DNA from: Fimbriimonadales bacterium
GTDB lineage: Bacteria; Armatimonadota; Fimbriimonadia; Fimbriimonadales; ATM1
NCBI GenBank assembly: GCA_041744215.1
Contig: JBGTLG010000032.1
Coordinates: forward strand, 50,309-114,308
Direction: 5' to 3'
Length of the DNA stretch: 64,000 bases
Part shown: positions 10,007-20,995 of the stretch, piece by piece
Layout: every line of letters begins with the position of its first letter
Position numbering within the stretch: position 1 is the first letter of the stretch
Notes under the pieces: generated by a model
Told to the model about the DNA's origin: nothing
Database searches by the model: none
The model's input: only the letters and a program-made list of their open reading frames with translations
Made by a program: the position numbers and the translations under genes

Positions 10007-11092
10007 CTACGCTATCGAAATGTCGTCGCAAAGATAAACGTCTTGTATCGCGTTCAGAATTTCGACGCCATCTTCCATCGGCCGCTGGAACGCCTTGCGA
10101 CCAGAGATCAGGCCCATTCCACCAGCCCGCTTATTGATCACAGCGGTCGTAACTGCATCCTTCAAATCGTTGTCTCCGCTTGCGCCGCCCGAGTTAATCA
10201 GCCCAGCGCGACCCATATAGCAGTTCGCAACCTGATACCTGCAAAGGTCAATTGGATGATCGCTTGTCAATTCTGAGTAAATGCGCTTGTCAGTTTTGCC
10301 GTAGCTACTCCCTTCCATGTTCAGCGCAAGATAACCACCATTGTTCTCCGGGAGTTTCTGTTTGATGATGTCTGCTTCGATCGTCACTCCGAGGTGATTT
10401 GCCTGCCCTGTCAAATCCGCCGCGACATGGTAATCCGTGTCGCTCTTGAATTCCGAATTGCGAAGGTAACACCATAAAACGGTCGCCATCCCGAGATCGT
10501 GCGCATGGTGAAACGCCTGGCTAACTTCGAAGATCTGCCGCCCACTCTCTTCGCTGCCAAAGTAAATGGTAGCGCCCACTGCTGCTGCGCCCATGTCCCA
10601 CGCCTGCTCCACACTCGCGAACATGATTTGATCGAACTTGTTCGGATACGTGAGCAGCTCGTTGTGATTCAGTTTTACGATGAAAGGAATCTTGTGCGCG
10701 TACTTCCTGGCGCATGCTCCCAAACCACCGAGCGTCGACGCAACCGCATTGCAGCCGCCTTCGATCGCAAGCCGCACAACGTTTTCGGGGTCGAAGTAGA
10801 TGGGATTCTTTGCAAAGCTCGCGCCAGCGCTGTGCTCGATACCTTGATCGACGGGAAGGATGCTCACGTATCCCGTTCCGGCAAGCCTTCCGTGGTCGAC
10901 AATCTGCTGAAGACTGCGCATAACCTGCGGTCCGCGATCGGAACAAGACACGACACGGTCGACAAAATCCGCCCCCGGCAGATGGAGCAAATCCCGGGCA
11001 ATTGTCCTGCACTCATGGCGAAGCAGGTTTTCAGAGTCTGCCCCGAGGATTTCGGCAATGCGGTCGATTTCTCTTTGTGCGGCAATGGACAT
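10007..11092 (-). CDS. fbaB: Class I fructose-bisphosphate aldolase
   Basis: [55 protein letters not shown]. Confidence 0.95.
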   Translation of the reverse strand: MSIAAQREIDRIAEILGADSENLLRHECRTIARDLLHLPGADFVDRVVSCSDRGPQVMRSLQQIVDHGRLAGTGYVSILPVDQGIEHSAGASFAKNPIYFDPENVVRLAIEGGCNAVASTLGGLGACARKYAHKIPFIVKLNHNELLTYPNKFDQIMFASVEQAWDMGAAAVGATIYFGSEESGRQIFEVSQAFHHAHDLGMATVLWCYLRNSEFKSDTDYHVAADLTGQANHLGVTIEADIIKQKLPENNGGYLALNMEGSSYGKTDKRIYSELTSDHPIDLCRYQVANCYMGRAGLINSGGASGDNDLKDAVTTAVINKRAGGMGLISGRKAFQRPMEDGVEILNAIQDVYLCDDISIA

Positions 11093-11138
11093 GTTTCAGT
11101 TTCCTGCGCTATTTTGACAGCATCGCGGCTTCTCCTGG

Positions 11139-11936
11139 CTAACGCCCGGAGTCGTTCGTGCGGGTGTCCTCCAAGTTGGTAGCCGAAGCAGCCGTCGGAC
11201 CCGTCGTTAGATCCCGCGCCAGCCTGAGAACGCGGAACGACTCTACTTTCACAACCACCGGTCTCGTCTTCGCCGTGACGGCCAGGGAAGCCGCTACGTT
11301 TTCCTTGTCGGCCCAATCCTCCGATGAATGCACGGTGCCGACGATCTCGACCTCGCAAGTCTTCGCAATCTGCCGATACCTCGCCATAACTTTGTCTGCA
11401 ACCGCCTTGAGTTCAGATCGCTTTGGGATGATGAGCACAAGCGGCGTCTCACCGACCGCATCGTATTCGGCGGTCATCGCGTTTTCCCGAAAGTGAGCCC
11501 AAGCTTTCGTCGCGCCCTCCCTCTCGATGGCCGCGACCTGTGCGCTCCACGCGTTGACGCCGTTCTGCAAGCGCGTATACGCCTCCACATCTGCGGCGCT
11601 GGCCCTGCCATCCGGATCACCTTCCAGCGACTTTGAAATCTCGTCCATCTCGTCATGGTCAGCAAAGAACGCCACCCAGTCCAGCGAGGCGTTTGGCGTG
11701 AGAACCAGCAGATAGGAGCCGCCAACTTTGTAGCTCTCGCCCTCCCCAAGCAGCCAGCCGGTCGTCGTCACTTTGGAATCGATCGACGACTCGAGCGATG
11801 CATATGGAGTGACCAAGGCATCTCCGGTGGTGCCTGTCGCCTCCGTGCCACCCCTCTGACAACCACCGAGGAGGAGTCCAAGCGACAAGCAACTGACCGT
11901 CAGTCTATTCATTAGGCTCATCATGAAGCGAACCAC
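11139..11936 (-). CDS. Hypothetical lipoprotein
   Basis: Lipobox LLGGC; 2 nt downstream of plsC on the same strand. Confidence 0.7.
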   Translation of the reverse strand: MVRFMMSLMNRLTVSCLSLGLLLGGCQRGGTEATGTTGDALVTPYASLESSIDSKVTTTGWLLGEGESYKVGGSYLLVLTPNASLDWVAFFADHDEMDEISKSLEGDPDGRASAADVEAYTRLQNGVNAWSAQVAAIEREGATKAWAHFRENAMTAEYDAVGETPLVLIIPKRSELKAVADKVMARYRQIAKTCEVEIVGTVHSSEDWADKENVAASLAVTAKTRPVVVKVESFRVLRLARDLTTGPTAASATNLEDTRTNDSGR

Positions 11937-11938
11937 CG

Positions 11939-12553
11939 CTACTTAGCAAGGTCGGCATAGCCACCGAGTTCATAGAGTTGACTCCGAATCCACTCAAGGA
12001 TGACCTCGTCCGGCTCGTCGACGAACGTGCGGGGCGGCCCAAACCGGACGGACACGCCTCCGAAGGCGGGTCTCGGGATCACCTTGGAAAACGGCAGGAT
12101 TCGCCGCGTACCCCGAATTCCCGCACAAATCACCGGCGCACCCGCCTTCCGAATGATCATCGAAGCTCCCGCAAGGATAGGGAGCGGATTTCCGTCCTCG
12201 CTAATTTCGCCCTCTGGGAACATGGCCACACAGTCTCCACGAGTCAGATGCTCGATCGCCGTGCGGATTGCAGTGCGGTCGGCCGTGCCGCGCCGAACCG
12301 GGAACGCACCGACGGCTTTGATCAGTGGCCCGATCACCCGCATCTGAAAGAGTTCAGACTTCGCCATGAAGTGCGCTCGCCGCGGTATCGCGTGACCCAG
12401 GGCTGGCGGATCCGCATCGCTGATGTGGTTGGCCAAGATCAGCACGGCTCCCGTCCGCGGGACATTCTCGCGGCCAAAAACGCGCACCGGACCGAAGAGA
12501 AACATCACGATGGCCGCGAGTATCTTCGCCAACCGCCAGACCACTCTCGACAT
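11939..12553 (-). CDS. plsC: 1-acyl-sn-glycerol-3-phosphate acyltransferase
   Basis: NHISDAD (HX4D), FMAKSELF, FPVRRG, FPEG motifs. Confidence 0.9.
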   Translation of the reverse strand: MSRVVWRLAKILAAIVMFLFGPVRVFGRENVPRTGAVLILANHISDADPPALGHAIPRRAHFMAKSELFQMRVIGPLIKAVGAFPVRRGTADRTAIRTAIEHLTRGDCVAMFPEGEISEDGNPLPILAGASMIIRKAGAPVICAGIRGTRRILPFSKVIPRPAFGGVSVRFGPPRTFVDEPDEVILEWIRSQLYELGGYADLAK

Positions 12554-12571
12554 CGCCGGTAGTTTAGCGCG

Positions 12572-13618
12572 GTGCAGACATACAGAATTTTTGCGGGGTT
12601 TTTCCCCGTGAAAGTGCGGAAAGGTGTCTCAGGGCGTGTACACCCAACAAACGCGGGCGGGGTGCGTGTGGATAGGGACTTAGCGAGGATGATGAAGCGG
12701 GAAAACTCAAGCGAGCCCCCGCACCTGGATGACTCAATGACCGGGGACGGGGCGCAGAAACTGCGCATCCTATTCAATAGGATTAGCGCGCTTCCGCGCC
12801 TCAACGACGCTGCAGTGAAGCTCGTGCGCTTGCTCGAAAACGACGCAGCGCCCATCCATCAGCTCGAGTTGATTATCTCCAGCGATCCAGCATTGGCCAC
12901 AAAAGTCTTGCGCACAGCGTCGATGCTGCTCGATATCCCTTACTCGCGACGTCAGCTCTCGATTGCAAGCGCAGTCATGCTGCTCGGCATTCGGAGCACA
13001 CGTGCCGTCGCGCTGTCGTTGGCAATCAACTCGACGCTTCTTTCTTCGAGGAGAACACCATTCTTCGAACCGCGTCGATTTGTCCGTCACAATCTATATG
13101 TCGCATTCTCCGCGGCGAACGTTTACCGTAGAATTCAAGTTGACAGATTTCCCGACGCGAAGTGGTCACCTGACGAAGTCTTCGCTGCGGGTTTGCTTTA
13201 CAACTTGGGCGTTCCCATTCACTATCACGTTCATCAAGAACTGTTCAATTTCGTCGCACACCAAGCGCAAGACGAATCACTTACGTTTAACGATATGTTT
13301 AGAAAGACCTACGGCGAGACGTTAGGCAGTCTTGCTGCGGAAACTGCTCGACTCTGGGAGTTGCCCACTCTGTTCGGCAACGTGATGCGTCAGGTCGAAC
13401 AGCCGATAACGCTGAGTGAAGCATCACTGCCTGCGATTTGCGTACGCTATGGACGGTTCTTGGCACATGAATCGGGCTTTCTTGAGCTGCCCTGGGAAGC
13501 GCGTGACCAGAACGCTGACGAGATCGTTCAGTCAATCTCGTTCGACGCGGACCTGGTTCCCGTCGTTCACGAAACCGTCGCGCGCCAAGTTTCGTCGTAC
13601 GAGCGCATCGCGGCGTAA
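12572..13618 (+). CDS. HDOD domain protein (true start likely ~12690-12740)
   Basis: LP.L...AVKL, ISSDPALATKVLR.A, SI..AV.LLG, F.AGLLYNLG, W.LP. Confidence 0.85.
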   Translation: MQTYRIFAGFFPVKVRKGVSGRVHPTNAGGVRVDRDLARMMKRENSSEPPHLDDSMTGDGAQKLRILFNRISALPRLNDAAVKLVRLLENDAAPIHQLELIISSDPALATKVLRTASMLLDIPYSRRQLSIASAVMLLGIRSTRAVALSLAINSTLLSSRRTPFFEPRRFVRHNLYVAFSAANVYRRIQVDRFPDAKWSPDEVFAAGLLYNLGVPIHYHVHQELFNFVAHQAQDESLTFNDMFRKTYGETLGSLAAETARLWELPTLFGNVMRQVEQPITLSEASLPAICVRYGRFLAHESGFLELPWEARDQNADEIVQSISFDADLVPVVHETVARQVSSYERIAA

Positions 13619-13757
13619 TCGCTCCCTCGGTTGCCCGACCGCCCTCCCCCTTCGCCGGCCAGAGAAGCCCCTACGGGAGCCCACACCCACCAAACAAGAG
13701 TCACCCAAGTCAACCATCCCCCGGCCAACGTGCGTCTAACCATAATAGAGATCGGAG

Positions 13758-15341
13758 ATGAGCGCTCACTCTGGCACACTCGGCAAATACCAGATCATCC
13801 GGGAAATCGCGCGCAGCAACGACATTGTCTACGAGGCGTGGGACCCCCTGGTGAACCGTCGTGTCGCCCTGAAGGAGCTGAATATGCCCGGCGCCCCGAC
13901 CGACAAGCAGCGGGAGGATCGGATCAAGAGGTTCGAGCGCGAGGCGCGGGCGGCAGGCACGTTGGCCCACGCAAACATCGTGACCATATACGAAGTCGGT
14001 GTCGACAACGGTCGACACTACATCGCGATGGAGTATCTGGAAGGAGAAAACCTCCGAAATCGACTCGATGCGCAAGGAATGTTGGGGCAAGATGACGCAG
14101 TCAAGATCATGCTCGAAGTTCTTGATGGACTTGCTTATGCACACGAGAAAGGAATCGTGCACCGCGACATAAAGCCAGATAACATTCAGCTGCTCTCAGA
14201 CGGCCGCGTCAAGATTACGGACTTTGGAATTGCTCGATTGACGTTTGAGCCAAGCCTTACGATGGACGGCCAAATCTTTGGCACACCAAGTTATATGTCG
14301 CCGGAGCAGGTACATGGACGCGATGTCGATCCGAGAACTGATGTTTGGTCTGCCGGTGTTGTGCTGTACGAAGCGATCTGCGGCACGAAACCGTTTTCCG
14401 GTGACAGCGTTGTTTCGATTTCGCACGCGATTCTGCATAACGAGCCACCCGATCCAACGGGTGCAAGCTTTGCCATCTCGCGAGTCATCAGGACGGCAAT
14501 CGATAAGTCGCCGACCGCACGATTCTCGACCGCGAGGGCCATGGCAAAAGCGCTCAGAGAAGCCATTGAGGAACTGAAGAACTCTCCCGCACAGAATGTC
14601 GCAGGCACGCCACCAGCCTTCGATCCCTATAACTCTTCACCCCAAACTGGAACTTACGACCCTTATGTCGGTTCCGCGCCACCGGTGCAGTATGCGCCGC
14701 CCGGTGCTTCTCCATACTCCGCGCCGCAGGGGAATGCGTACGGACAGCCTTACGGCCAAGCTCAACCGCAGTATGGCCAGATCTATGGGACGCCAAGTGC
14801 GCCGCCAAACACGTTCCCTCCAAACTGGGTTGCTCCACCGAAGCGCCCACTGCTGTCACCCGAATCATCCGAATTCTTGCGAAAAACAATGGTCGTCGTT
14901 CTGATTGGCGGCGCAATCATTACGATTCTGTTTGCGATCGTTTGGGCACTGACTGAGGTTGTCGACAAAGAGCGATCTGCCCCCATCCAAACTTCATCTG
15001 CAACCGACATCCCACAAGGCATATCGCCTGACGGATGGCAGCAGATCGATGAGTACTTGACGCGCGCAATGACGAGTGGAGATTCAAACACTCGACTCGA
15101 AAATCTGCGGATTGCGAAGCAGGAAGCGCTAGGGATTTTGATGCGCGTCGAAGGGACGGAGCAAGAAATGCCGACTCGCATTCGCGTCGCGAGAATCACA
15201 ATGGACTATGGCAGTGAACTTGAGGGCATTGGCAGACTCGCGCAAGCAAGAAGCCAGTTTGAGGAAGCAGAAAGGATCGCTCCGCCCGGCAGCGAAGAAG
15301 AACTGTTGGCGCGAACCTTGCTGCGCCTATTGCCGCGTTAG
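13758..15341 (+). CDS. Membrane Hanks-type Ser/Thr protein kinase
   Basis: VALK, HRDIKPDN, DFGIA, GTPSYMSPE, DVWS; Pro/Tyr/Gln linker, one TM, helical C-terminus. Confidence 0.92.
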   Translation: MSAHSGTLGKYQIIREIARSNDIVYEAWDPLVNRRVALKELNMPGAPTDKQREDRIKRFEREARAAGTLAHANIVTIYEVGVDNGRHYIAMEYLEGENLRNRLDAQGMLGQDDAVKIMLEVLDGLAYAHEKGIVHRDIKPDNIQLLSDGRVKITDFGIARLTFEPSLTMDGQIFGTPSYMSPEQVHGRDVDPRTDVWSAGVVLYEAICGTKPFSGDSVVSISHAILHNEPPDPTGASFAISRVIRTAIDKSPTARFSTARAMAKALREAIEELKNSPAQNVAGTPPAFDPYNSSPQTGTYDPYVGSAPPVQYAPPGASPYSAPQGNAYGQPYGQAQPQYGQIYGTPSAPPNTFPPNWVAPPKRPLLSPESSEFLRKTMVVVLIGGAIITILFAIVWALTEVVDKERSAPIQTSSATDIPQGISPDGWQQIDEYLTRAMTSGDSNTRLENLRIAKQEALGILMRVEGTEQEMPTRIRVARITMDYGSELEGIGRLAQARSQFEEAERIAPPGSEEELLARTLLRLLPR

Positions 15342-15378
15342 GTTGCTGGTAGACTCCTCTTGATCCGGAGACTTTCAA

Positions 15379-16881
15379 TTGGCTGATCCCATCTTTCTCG
15401 GCTTGGGCGAGTCGCCCGTCTATCTGCTTCCAAAGTATGCGAATCGTCACGGATTGGTCACCGGAGCAACGGGGACCGGAAAGACGGTCACTCTTCAGGT
15501 TCTCGCGGAGGCATTTTCGTGCAGAGGAGTCCCCGTCTTCCTTGCGGACATCAAGGGCGATTTGACGGGAATCTGCCAGCAAGGCGGGGGGAACGCAAAG
15601 CTCGAGGAGCGCGCCGCCCAGATTGGACTGTCGCCCTACGAATACTCCGGATTTCCAGTCATTTGGTGGGACCTCTTCGGTGAAAAGGGGCATCCGATAC
15701 GATCGACGGTGTCTGAGATGGGACCTCTACTATTGTCGAGACTGCTCAATCTCAATGATGTGCAAGAAGGCGTCGTGAACATCGCCTTCAAGTACGCAGA
15801 CGACAATGGACTGCTTCTACTCGACCTCAAAGATCTGCGCGCCTTGATGACACACGTCGCTGAGAACGCGCAACAGATTCAGCGCGAGTACGGCAACGTA
15901 TCATCGACAAGTGTAGGTGCGGTTCAAAGGTCGCTATTAGTATTGGAGCAGCAAGGCGGCGAGATGTTCTTTGGTGAACCTGCACTTGACCTCTACGACT
16001 TTCAGCGCGTCGCGCCAGACGGCAGGGGATTCATCAACATACTCGCCGCAGACAAGTTGATGAACAATCCGAGGCTCTACTCGACATTTTTATTGTGGTT
16101 GCTTTCGGAACTGTTTGAAACGATGCCTGAGGTTGGCGACCTTGCACAACCGAAACTGGTTTTCTTTTTCGACGAGGCACACCTCCTCTTCAATGACGCG
16201 CCAAAGGCTCTAGTCGAGAAAATCGAGCAGGTCGTTCGACTGATTCGGTCAAAGGGAGTAGGCGTCTACTTCGTAACGCAGAACCCCATCGACGTGCCTG
16301 ACACCGTTTTGGCACAACTCGGCAACCGAGTCCAGCACGCACTCAGAGCGTTCACCCCGCGTGATCAACGCGCTGTTCGAGTTGCGGCAGAGACTTTCCG
16401 GCCAAATCCGAAATTCGCAACTGATCAAGTCATCACCGAGTTGAAAGTTGGAGAGGCTTTGGTGTCCTGCCTTGAAGATGGAGGTGCACCGATGGTCGTG
16501 GAGCGAACGCTAATCAGACCGCCCGCATCGCGCCTGGGTCCAGGTGACGCTGACGCGGTCGCAGCTGCTAGGAAGTCGAGTCCTTTCGGTGGGCGATACG
16601 ATACGGCCATAGATCGCCACTCAGCCTATGAGATGTTGCGCGAAGCAGCGGAGAAGAAGTCCGTCCATACGGAAGCTGAAGCCAGAAAGCAAGCTGCGGA
16701 GAAAGAACGCACCGCGAGAGAGAAGCAGACTGCAAAAAAAGCGACTCGCGCACCCAAGCGGCGGAGTGACAGCGTGGCAGAGGCAACGGCAAAAAGTGTT
16801 TTGCGTAGCGCAGGTTCACAGCTTGGACGTCAACTCGTCCGTGGCATCCTGGGAGGGTTGTTTGGCGGAAAGAAGCGCTAG
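15379..16881 (+). CDS. DUF853/YjgR HerA-like ATPase
   Basis: [45 protein letters not shown]. Confidence 0.92.
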   Translation: MADPIFLGLGESPVYLLPKYANRHGLVTGATGTGKTVTLQVLAEAFSCRGVPVFLADIKGDLTGICQQGGGNAKLEERAAQIGLSPYEYSGFPVIWWDLFGEKGHPIRSTVSEMGPLLLSRLLNLNDVQEGVVNIAFKYADDNGLLLLDLKDLRALMTHVAENAQQIQREYGNVSSTSVGAVQRSLLVLEQQGGEMFFGEPALDLYDFQRVAPDGRGFINILAADKLMNNPRLYSTFLLWLLSELFETMPEVGDLAQPKLVFFFDEAHLLFNDAPKALVEKIEQVVRLIRSKGVGVYFVTQNPIDVPDTVLAQLGNRVQHALRAFTPRDQRAVRVAAETFRPNPKFATDQVITELKVGEALVSCLEDGGAPMVVERTLIRPPASRLGPGDADAVAAARKSSPFGGRYDTAIDRHSAYEMLREAAEKKSVHTEAEARKQAAEKERTAREKQTAKKATRAPKRRSDSVAEATAKSVLRSAGSQLGRQLVRGILGGLFGGKKR

Positions 16882-17069
16882 TCCTTTTCGCCGCCCATCA
16901 TTCCCTGCAGCTTATCGCCGAGGCCTCCCGGGAGATTATCAATCAGACCCGTCTTGCCCAACAGCATTGGAATCTTATCCGCGTTCTCTTGGAGAAACTC
17001 AACCACCTTCGCAGCCGTCGCTTCGTCGATGCCCACTTTCTCAGCCATCTGTTTTATCAAGTCGTTCAT
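16878..17069 (-). CDS. Small hypothetical protein (63 aa)
   Basis: 4-nt overlap coupling with upstream gene; helical acidic sequence with a Gly-rich tail. Confidence 0.65.
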   Translation of the reverse strand: MNDLIKQMAEKVGIDEATAAKVVEFLQENADKIPMLLGKTGLIDNLPGGLGDKLQGMMGGEKD

Positions 17070-17302
17070 TTCTGTTCCTCAGAGGCCCGCGACGATTGGT
17101 TCGTGCCTTCGCGCCGTTTGACCTCTCCGTACCATCCCAACAACATTAGCACAACGCCAAGCCCAAGTGTGAACGGAAGTACAAACTCGATTGCGCTGAC
17201 GATATATTTACCAGCCCAAAGCGCACCAGACACCAGGGCGATGAGGAACCCGTAGCGAATCAGCCACGGCCATTTCCGAACAGATTTCTCTGCGTGGCTC
17301 AA
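17066..17302 (-). CDS. Small two-TM membrane protein
   Basis: Two hydrophobic segments; 4-nt overlaps with both neighbours. Confidence 0.6.
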   Translation of the reverse strand: MSHAEKSVRKWPWLIRYGFLIALVSGALWAGKYIVSAIEFVLPFTLGLGVVLMLLGWYGEVKRREGTNQSSRASEEQK

Positions 17303-20300
17303 CGGAGTCCTCGCATCAGTTCTTGCAGCGCACGGTCAAGTTGCGGATCTTTGCCTGCCATGAAGTCTTCGTTCAGCCAAGGGATGCGGATGTCCGGCTG
17401 CTGCCCCATGTTTTCCATAGGAGTTCCGTCCATACGGTACACGCCGCTCATAGGCATGCGGATGCCGGTTCCATCGACAAGCCGACCGCCCCATGTCCAG
17501 ATTACATAGCCAGGAGTCGGCATTCCGATTAGCTTTGCGAGTCCGCGCTCTTTCATCGCGTAGGGAAACATTTCCGCGTTTGAGAAGCTGTTCTCATTGT
17601 GAAGCACGATGACCGGTTTGTTCCAAACCTCATTATTCGGAGCCGTCTCGACCCAACCGTCGCGCGGTTTGTAGAACCCATGCGGCTGTCTCTCGAGCAC
17701 GTCAACTAGCGAGTCGCTGATGTTTCCGCCGCCATTGAAACGGACGTCGATAATCATTGCCTCATTGCCCTGCTTGAACTCGTGGAACTCTTCTTGGAAT
17801 CGAGTCCTATCGCCACCGCCCATTCCTCGGATGTGGACATATCCGATCTTTCCGCCAGATGCCGCTTCAACTTTTTTGCGGTTGCCCTCAACCCACTGTT
17901 CATAGCGATAGTTCGACCATGCGCCAGATGACAGCGCTCTGTACTTCACTTCTCTCGCACCCGTCTTCGACGGCGTCGAGTTGACTGTGAAGGTAAGGTC
18001 GCGCCCCCCCTGATTGTGAAGAACATCCCAAAGCTTTTCGTCAAGCGTCACGTCAACACCATTGATTGCCATGACGTACTCACCTGGCTTGATCTGTGTC
18101 TTCTCGTACCATGCCGGACTCTTGTCGTACACTCCCTTAACCCTGATTCCGGGTCCCTCGTACGAGTAGTCAAACAAGAAGCCTGGATGGCTGACACTCG
18201 GGCCGCCGCTAGTGCCTCCTGGCGAAGGACTGACTTCCGTGTGCGATCCTTCGAGTTCACCCACCATTAGATTGAGCAGTTCGGCAAACTCGCGACGATG
18301 CCCAACTCCTTCAAGCAGCGGTTCATAACGTGATCGAATCTGAGACCAGTCTCGCCCGTGGAAGTTCTCGTCATAAAATCCTCGGTTGTACATTCGCCAG
18401 AATTCAACGAACGCAGCTTGTCTAACCAGATCAGCATCTTGAACAAGCTCCGCCCGGAATGCAACATCACTTGAGGGAAAATTCCCGCTCAACGTCACTT
18501 TGAATGGCATACCGGCGCGCAGACCGAACGCTGTCTTGCCGTCTTCGGAAAGGGTGAACGATGACACGGTAGGCACGATCTGACGTGCGTTCTTACCGTC
18601 GTAGTCGACCTGCCAGAGCCCACCAGCGCTCAAGAAAAAGACCTTGCCTGTTTCCTTGTCTGCGAGAATGTTTCCGCTCGGAGACTGCGTAAAGAACCGG
18701 CGCACGCGAAGGTGAATATCTTCGAAGTCTATCTCAATCGAGAGCGTTTCAGGCTTTGCATACTTCATGGTCGCTTCATCCGGATCCTCGATTTCCTTCT
18801 GCAGAGGAAGAATGAAGAAACCACCGCCGTCTCGTGAAGAGTTGAGATAGAGATACTTCCCGTCGGCGGACCAACCCAAAGAAGAATGGTTCACATTTCG
18901 GCGAGTCACGTTCTGCGGTGTGCCGCCTTCGGCCCTAACGATCCACGCGTTCCAAGTGCCGCCGGGTTGTCTCCGCGTGAAGGCGATCCACCGGCTATCC
19001 GGCGACCATTTGAACTCACCTGCGCTGGTTCCAAAGAAGTGTGTGCCAGGCTGCTCTACAATCTTACGAGGAGAGGAAATGCCGCTAACCCGATAAGTGT
19101 AGAGGCCGCCTGCGTCGCCAGCCATCCAAAACGCGAGCGTGGTTCCGTCCGGCGAGAGAGTGGGGGAGAGTACGTCGGAGTCGGCATGCGTGATCTGATC
19201 GACCTTTTTCGTTGCGGGATCAATCGAGAAAAGCTTTCGCGCCCCGTCGCGATCGCTTACGAAAAAGATCTTGTTGCCTGAGCGATCCCAAGCAATCTCC
19301 CCATCGACTCCGGGATAGTCTGTCAGCCGCTCGGCGTCGTCTTTGTTTCGACCCGTGCCCTTTTCAACAGGAACCGTCCAAATCTCTGCGCCAGCGACCA
19401 GCGCAAACGTTTTACCGTCGGGAGAAATTTGCGCCTCCGACGCTCCACTTGTCAAGACTTGCCTCTCAATGCTGTTCTGTTTCGCGTCCGAGTAAACAAC
19501 GATGTCGATTTTCGATGTCGAGCTTCCTTGCATGAGGTGCAGTTCGCCCGCGCGCTCGTAAACGAGCGTGCCGTCTTTAGCGATCGAAAAGTGACGAATT
19601 GGCTCACCGACTGAATCAGTGACCCGCGCCCCTCTTCCAGTCAAATCAAATCGCCAGATGTTTGGTGTTTTGTTTGCATTGTCTACAAACTTTTGCGGCT
19701 CATCGAAAATGTTTCTTGAGCTCGGGGTGACTTCTCCATATGTAACGGCGTAGATGTGTCGGCCATCATGCGAGAATTGCGGCCACAGATTCTGTCGCTC
19801 GTTATCGACAATGCGCTTTACTGCGCCGGTCGCGACGTCGATAGTCACGATTTGCGCACCATTGCCGCCGCTGTAGCGCGGTCGCGTCCATGCGAAACCC
19901 AGCCGTGTCGCGACGATCGTCCGGCCGTCAGGTGAGAACCGTGGATTGCTCAGACCCTGATAGTCTTCGGCGACCATGCGAAATCTGAGAGAGCGGACGT
20001 CAAGGATGAAGACTCCTCCAAAGGGAGAGTCTCGCTGCCCAGAGAACGCAATCCACCTGCCGTCGGGCGACCAACCTGTCGCTACCTCATTGTTGCCGCT
20101 ATACGTAAGTTGTCTGGGCTCGCCACCTTCGGCGGGAATCGCAAAGACATCATAGTTTCCGTTTCGATCGCTCGCGAACGCGATCCACTTTCCATCAGGG
20201 CTCCAGAGAGGAGCCGTCTCCAGTTCGATGTGGCTCGTGACTCTCGAGGCTCGACCTCCAGTGGATGGAACGACCCAAATGTCGCCGCGCCACTGAAATG

Positions 20301-20430
20301 CGATCTTCGACCCATCAGGACTGATCGCCGGCTGCCGCATCCCGCGAATCGGCTTCGATTCGATGGGGCCAATCTGGGCAGAAGCGCCAGCAACGATGAA
20401 GAAGGCGACAAAAACGAGGATAACGCGCAT
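17299..20430 (-). CDS. Tricorn-like S41 protease with PD40 propellers and PDZ
   Basis: SPDG repeats, GEL..SH, IGYVHI.GM, DVRFNGGG, SFSNAEMF, signal peptide. Confidence 0.92.
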   Translation of the reverse strand: MRVILVFVAFFIVAGASAQIGPIESKPIRGMRQPAISPDGSKIAFQWRGDIWVVPSTGGRASRVTSHIELETAPLWSPDGKWIAFASDRNGNYDVFAIPAEGGEPRQLTYSGNNEVATGWSPDGRWIAFSGQRDSPFGGVFILDVRSLRFRMVAEDYQGLSNPRFSPDGRTIVATRLGFAWTRPRYSGGNGAQIVTIDVATGAVKRIVDNERQNLWPQFSHDGRHIYAVTYGEVTPSSRNIFDEPQKFVDNANKTPNIWRFDLTGRGARVTDSVGEPIRHFSIAKDGTLVYERAGELHLMQGSSTSKIDIVVYSDAKQNSIERQVLTSGASEAQISPDGKTFALVAGAEIWTVPVEKGTGRNKDDAERLTDYPGVDGEIAWDRSGNKIFFVSDRDGARKLFSIDPATKKVDQITHADSDVLSPTLSPDGTTLAFWMAGDAGGLYTYRVSGISSPRKIVEQPGTHFFGTSAGEFKWSPDSRWIAFTRRQPGGTWNAWIVRAEGGTPQNVTRRNVNHSSLGWSADGKYLYLNSSRDGGGFFILPLQKEIEDPDEATMKYAKPETLSIEIDFEDIHLRVRRFFTQSPSGNILADKETGKVFFLSAGGLWQVDYDGKNARQIVPTVSSFTLSEDGKTAFGLRAGMPFKVTLSGNFPSSDVAFRAELVQDADLVRQAAFVEFWRMYNRGFYDENFHGRDWSQIRSRYEPLLEGVGHRREFAELLNLMVGELEGSHTEVSPSPGGTSGGPSVSHPGFLFDYSYEGPGIRVKGVYDKSPAWYEKTQIKPGEYVMAINGVDVTLDEKLWDVLHNQGGRDLTFTVNSTPSKTGAREVKYRALSSGAWSNYRYEQWVEGNRKKVEAASGGKIGYVHIRGMGGGDRTRFQEEFHEFKQGNEAMIIDVRFNGGGNISDSLVDVLERQPHGFYKPRDGWVETAPNNEVWNKPVIVLHNENSFSNAEMFPYAMKERGLAKLIGMPTPGYVIWTWGGRLVDGTGIRMPMSGVYRMDGTPMENMGQQPDIRIPWLNEDFMAGKDPQLDRALQELMRGLR

Positions 20431-20509
20431 GAGCGTAACGTTACCGCAACAAGGCAGTGGAAGGCGAGAGTGACGCAGCCTCCCGAGCCGGAAGCATCAG
20501 GGGAGAAGA

Positions 20510-20980
20510 CTAGACGCCCGACTGCTCTCCGTCGTCATCTTTGTCTCGAAAGAGTTGACCGATCCGCTGCGCGATTTGCGACATCGCCACCGCCATCATC
20601 TCTGGCGACATGGTGTCCGACGGACCCCTAAAGATGGGCGACTCATAGGGAAGGAAGCCCTCTTTTGCAAGTCGTAGCATGGCTGCCTGCGATCCGTCCG
20701 CTGATCGCCCCTTGATTCGTTCAGCATTCAGCTCCTTTTGAATAGGCTGCCGCATAAAAGAGCGACGGATGTCCGTGATAAACTTGTCCATCACCACGGC
20801 GAATTCATATCTCGTGACTGGCTGCTCCCCTTGGAATGCTTTGCCTTCTCCAGTCGGCAGCATCTTCATCAAGACAAGGTTCTCAACTGCGCTGCCAGCC
20901 CAGTGGTCCTTTGGCACGTCCGAGTATCCGCCCGACTGAAGCGCGATGGCTACGGCTGCGATGAGTGTGTCGATCCACAT
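20510..20980 (-). CDS. S-layer homology (SLH) domain protein
   Basis: YSDVPKDHWA...V..L...FQG..PVTRYEFA motif. Confidence 0.8.
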   Translation of the reverse strand: MWIDTLIAAVAIALQSGGYSDVPKDHWAGSAVENLVLMKMLPTGEGKAFQGEQPVTRYEFAVVMDKFITDIRRSFMRQPIQKELNAERIKGRSADGSQAAMLRLAKEGFLPYESPIFRGPSDTMSPEMMAVAMSQIAQRIGQLFRDKDDDGEQSGV

Positions 20981-20995
20981 ATTGTTTCTCCAGGT

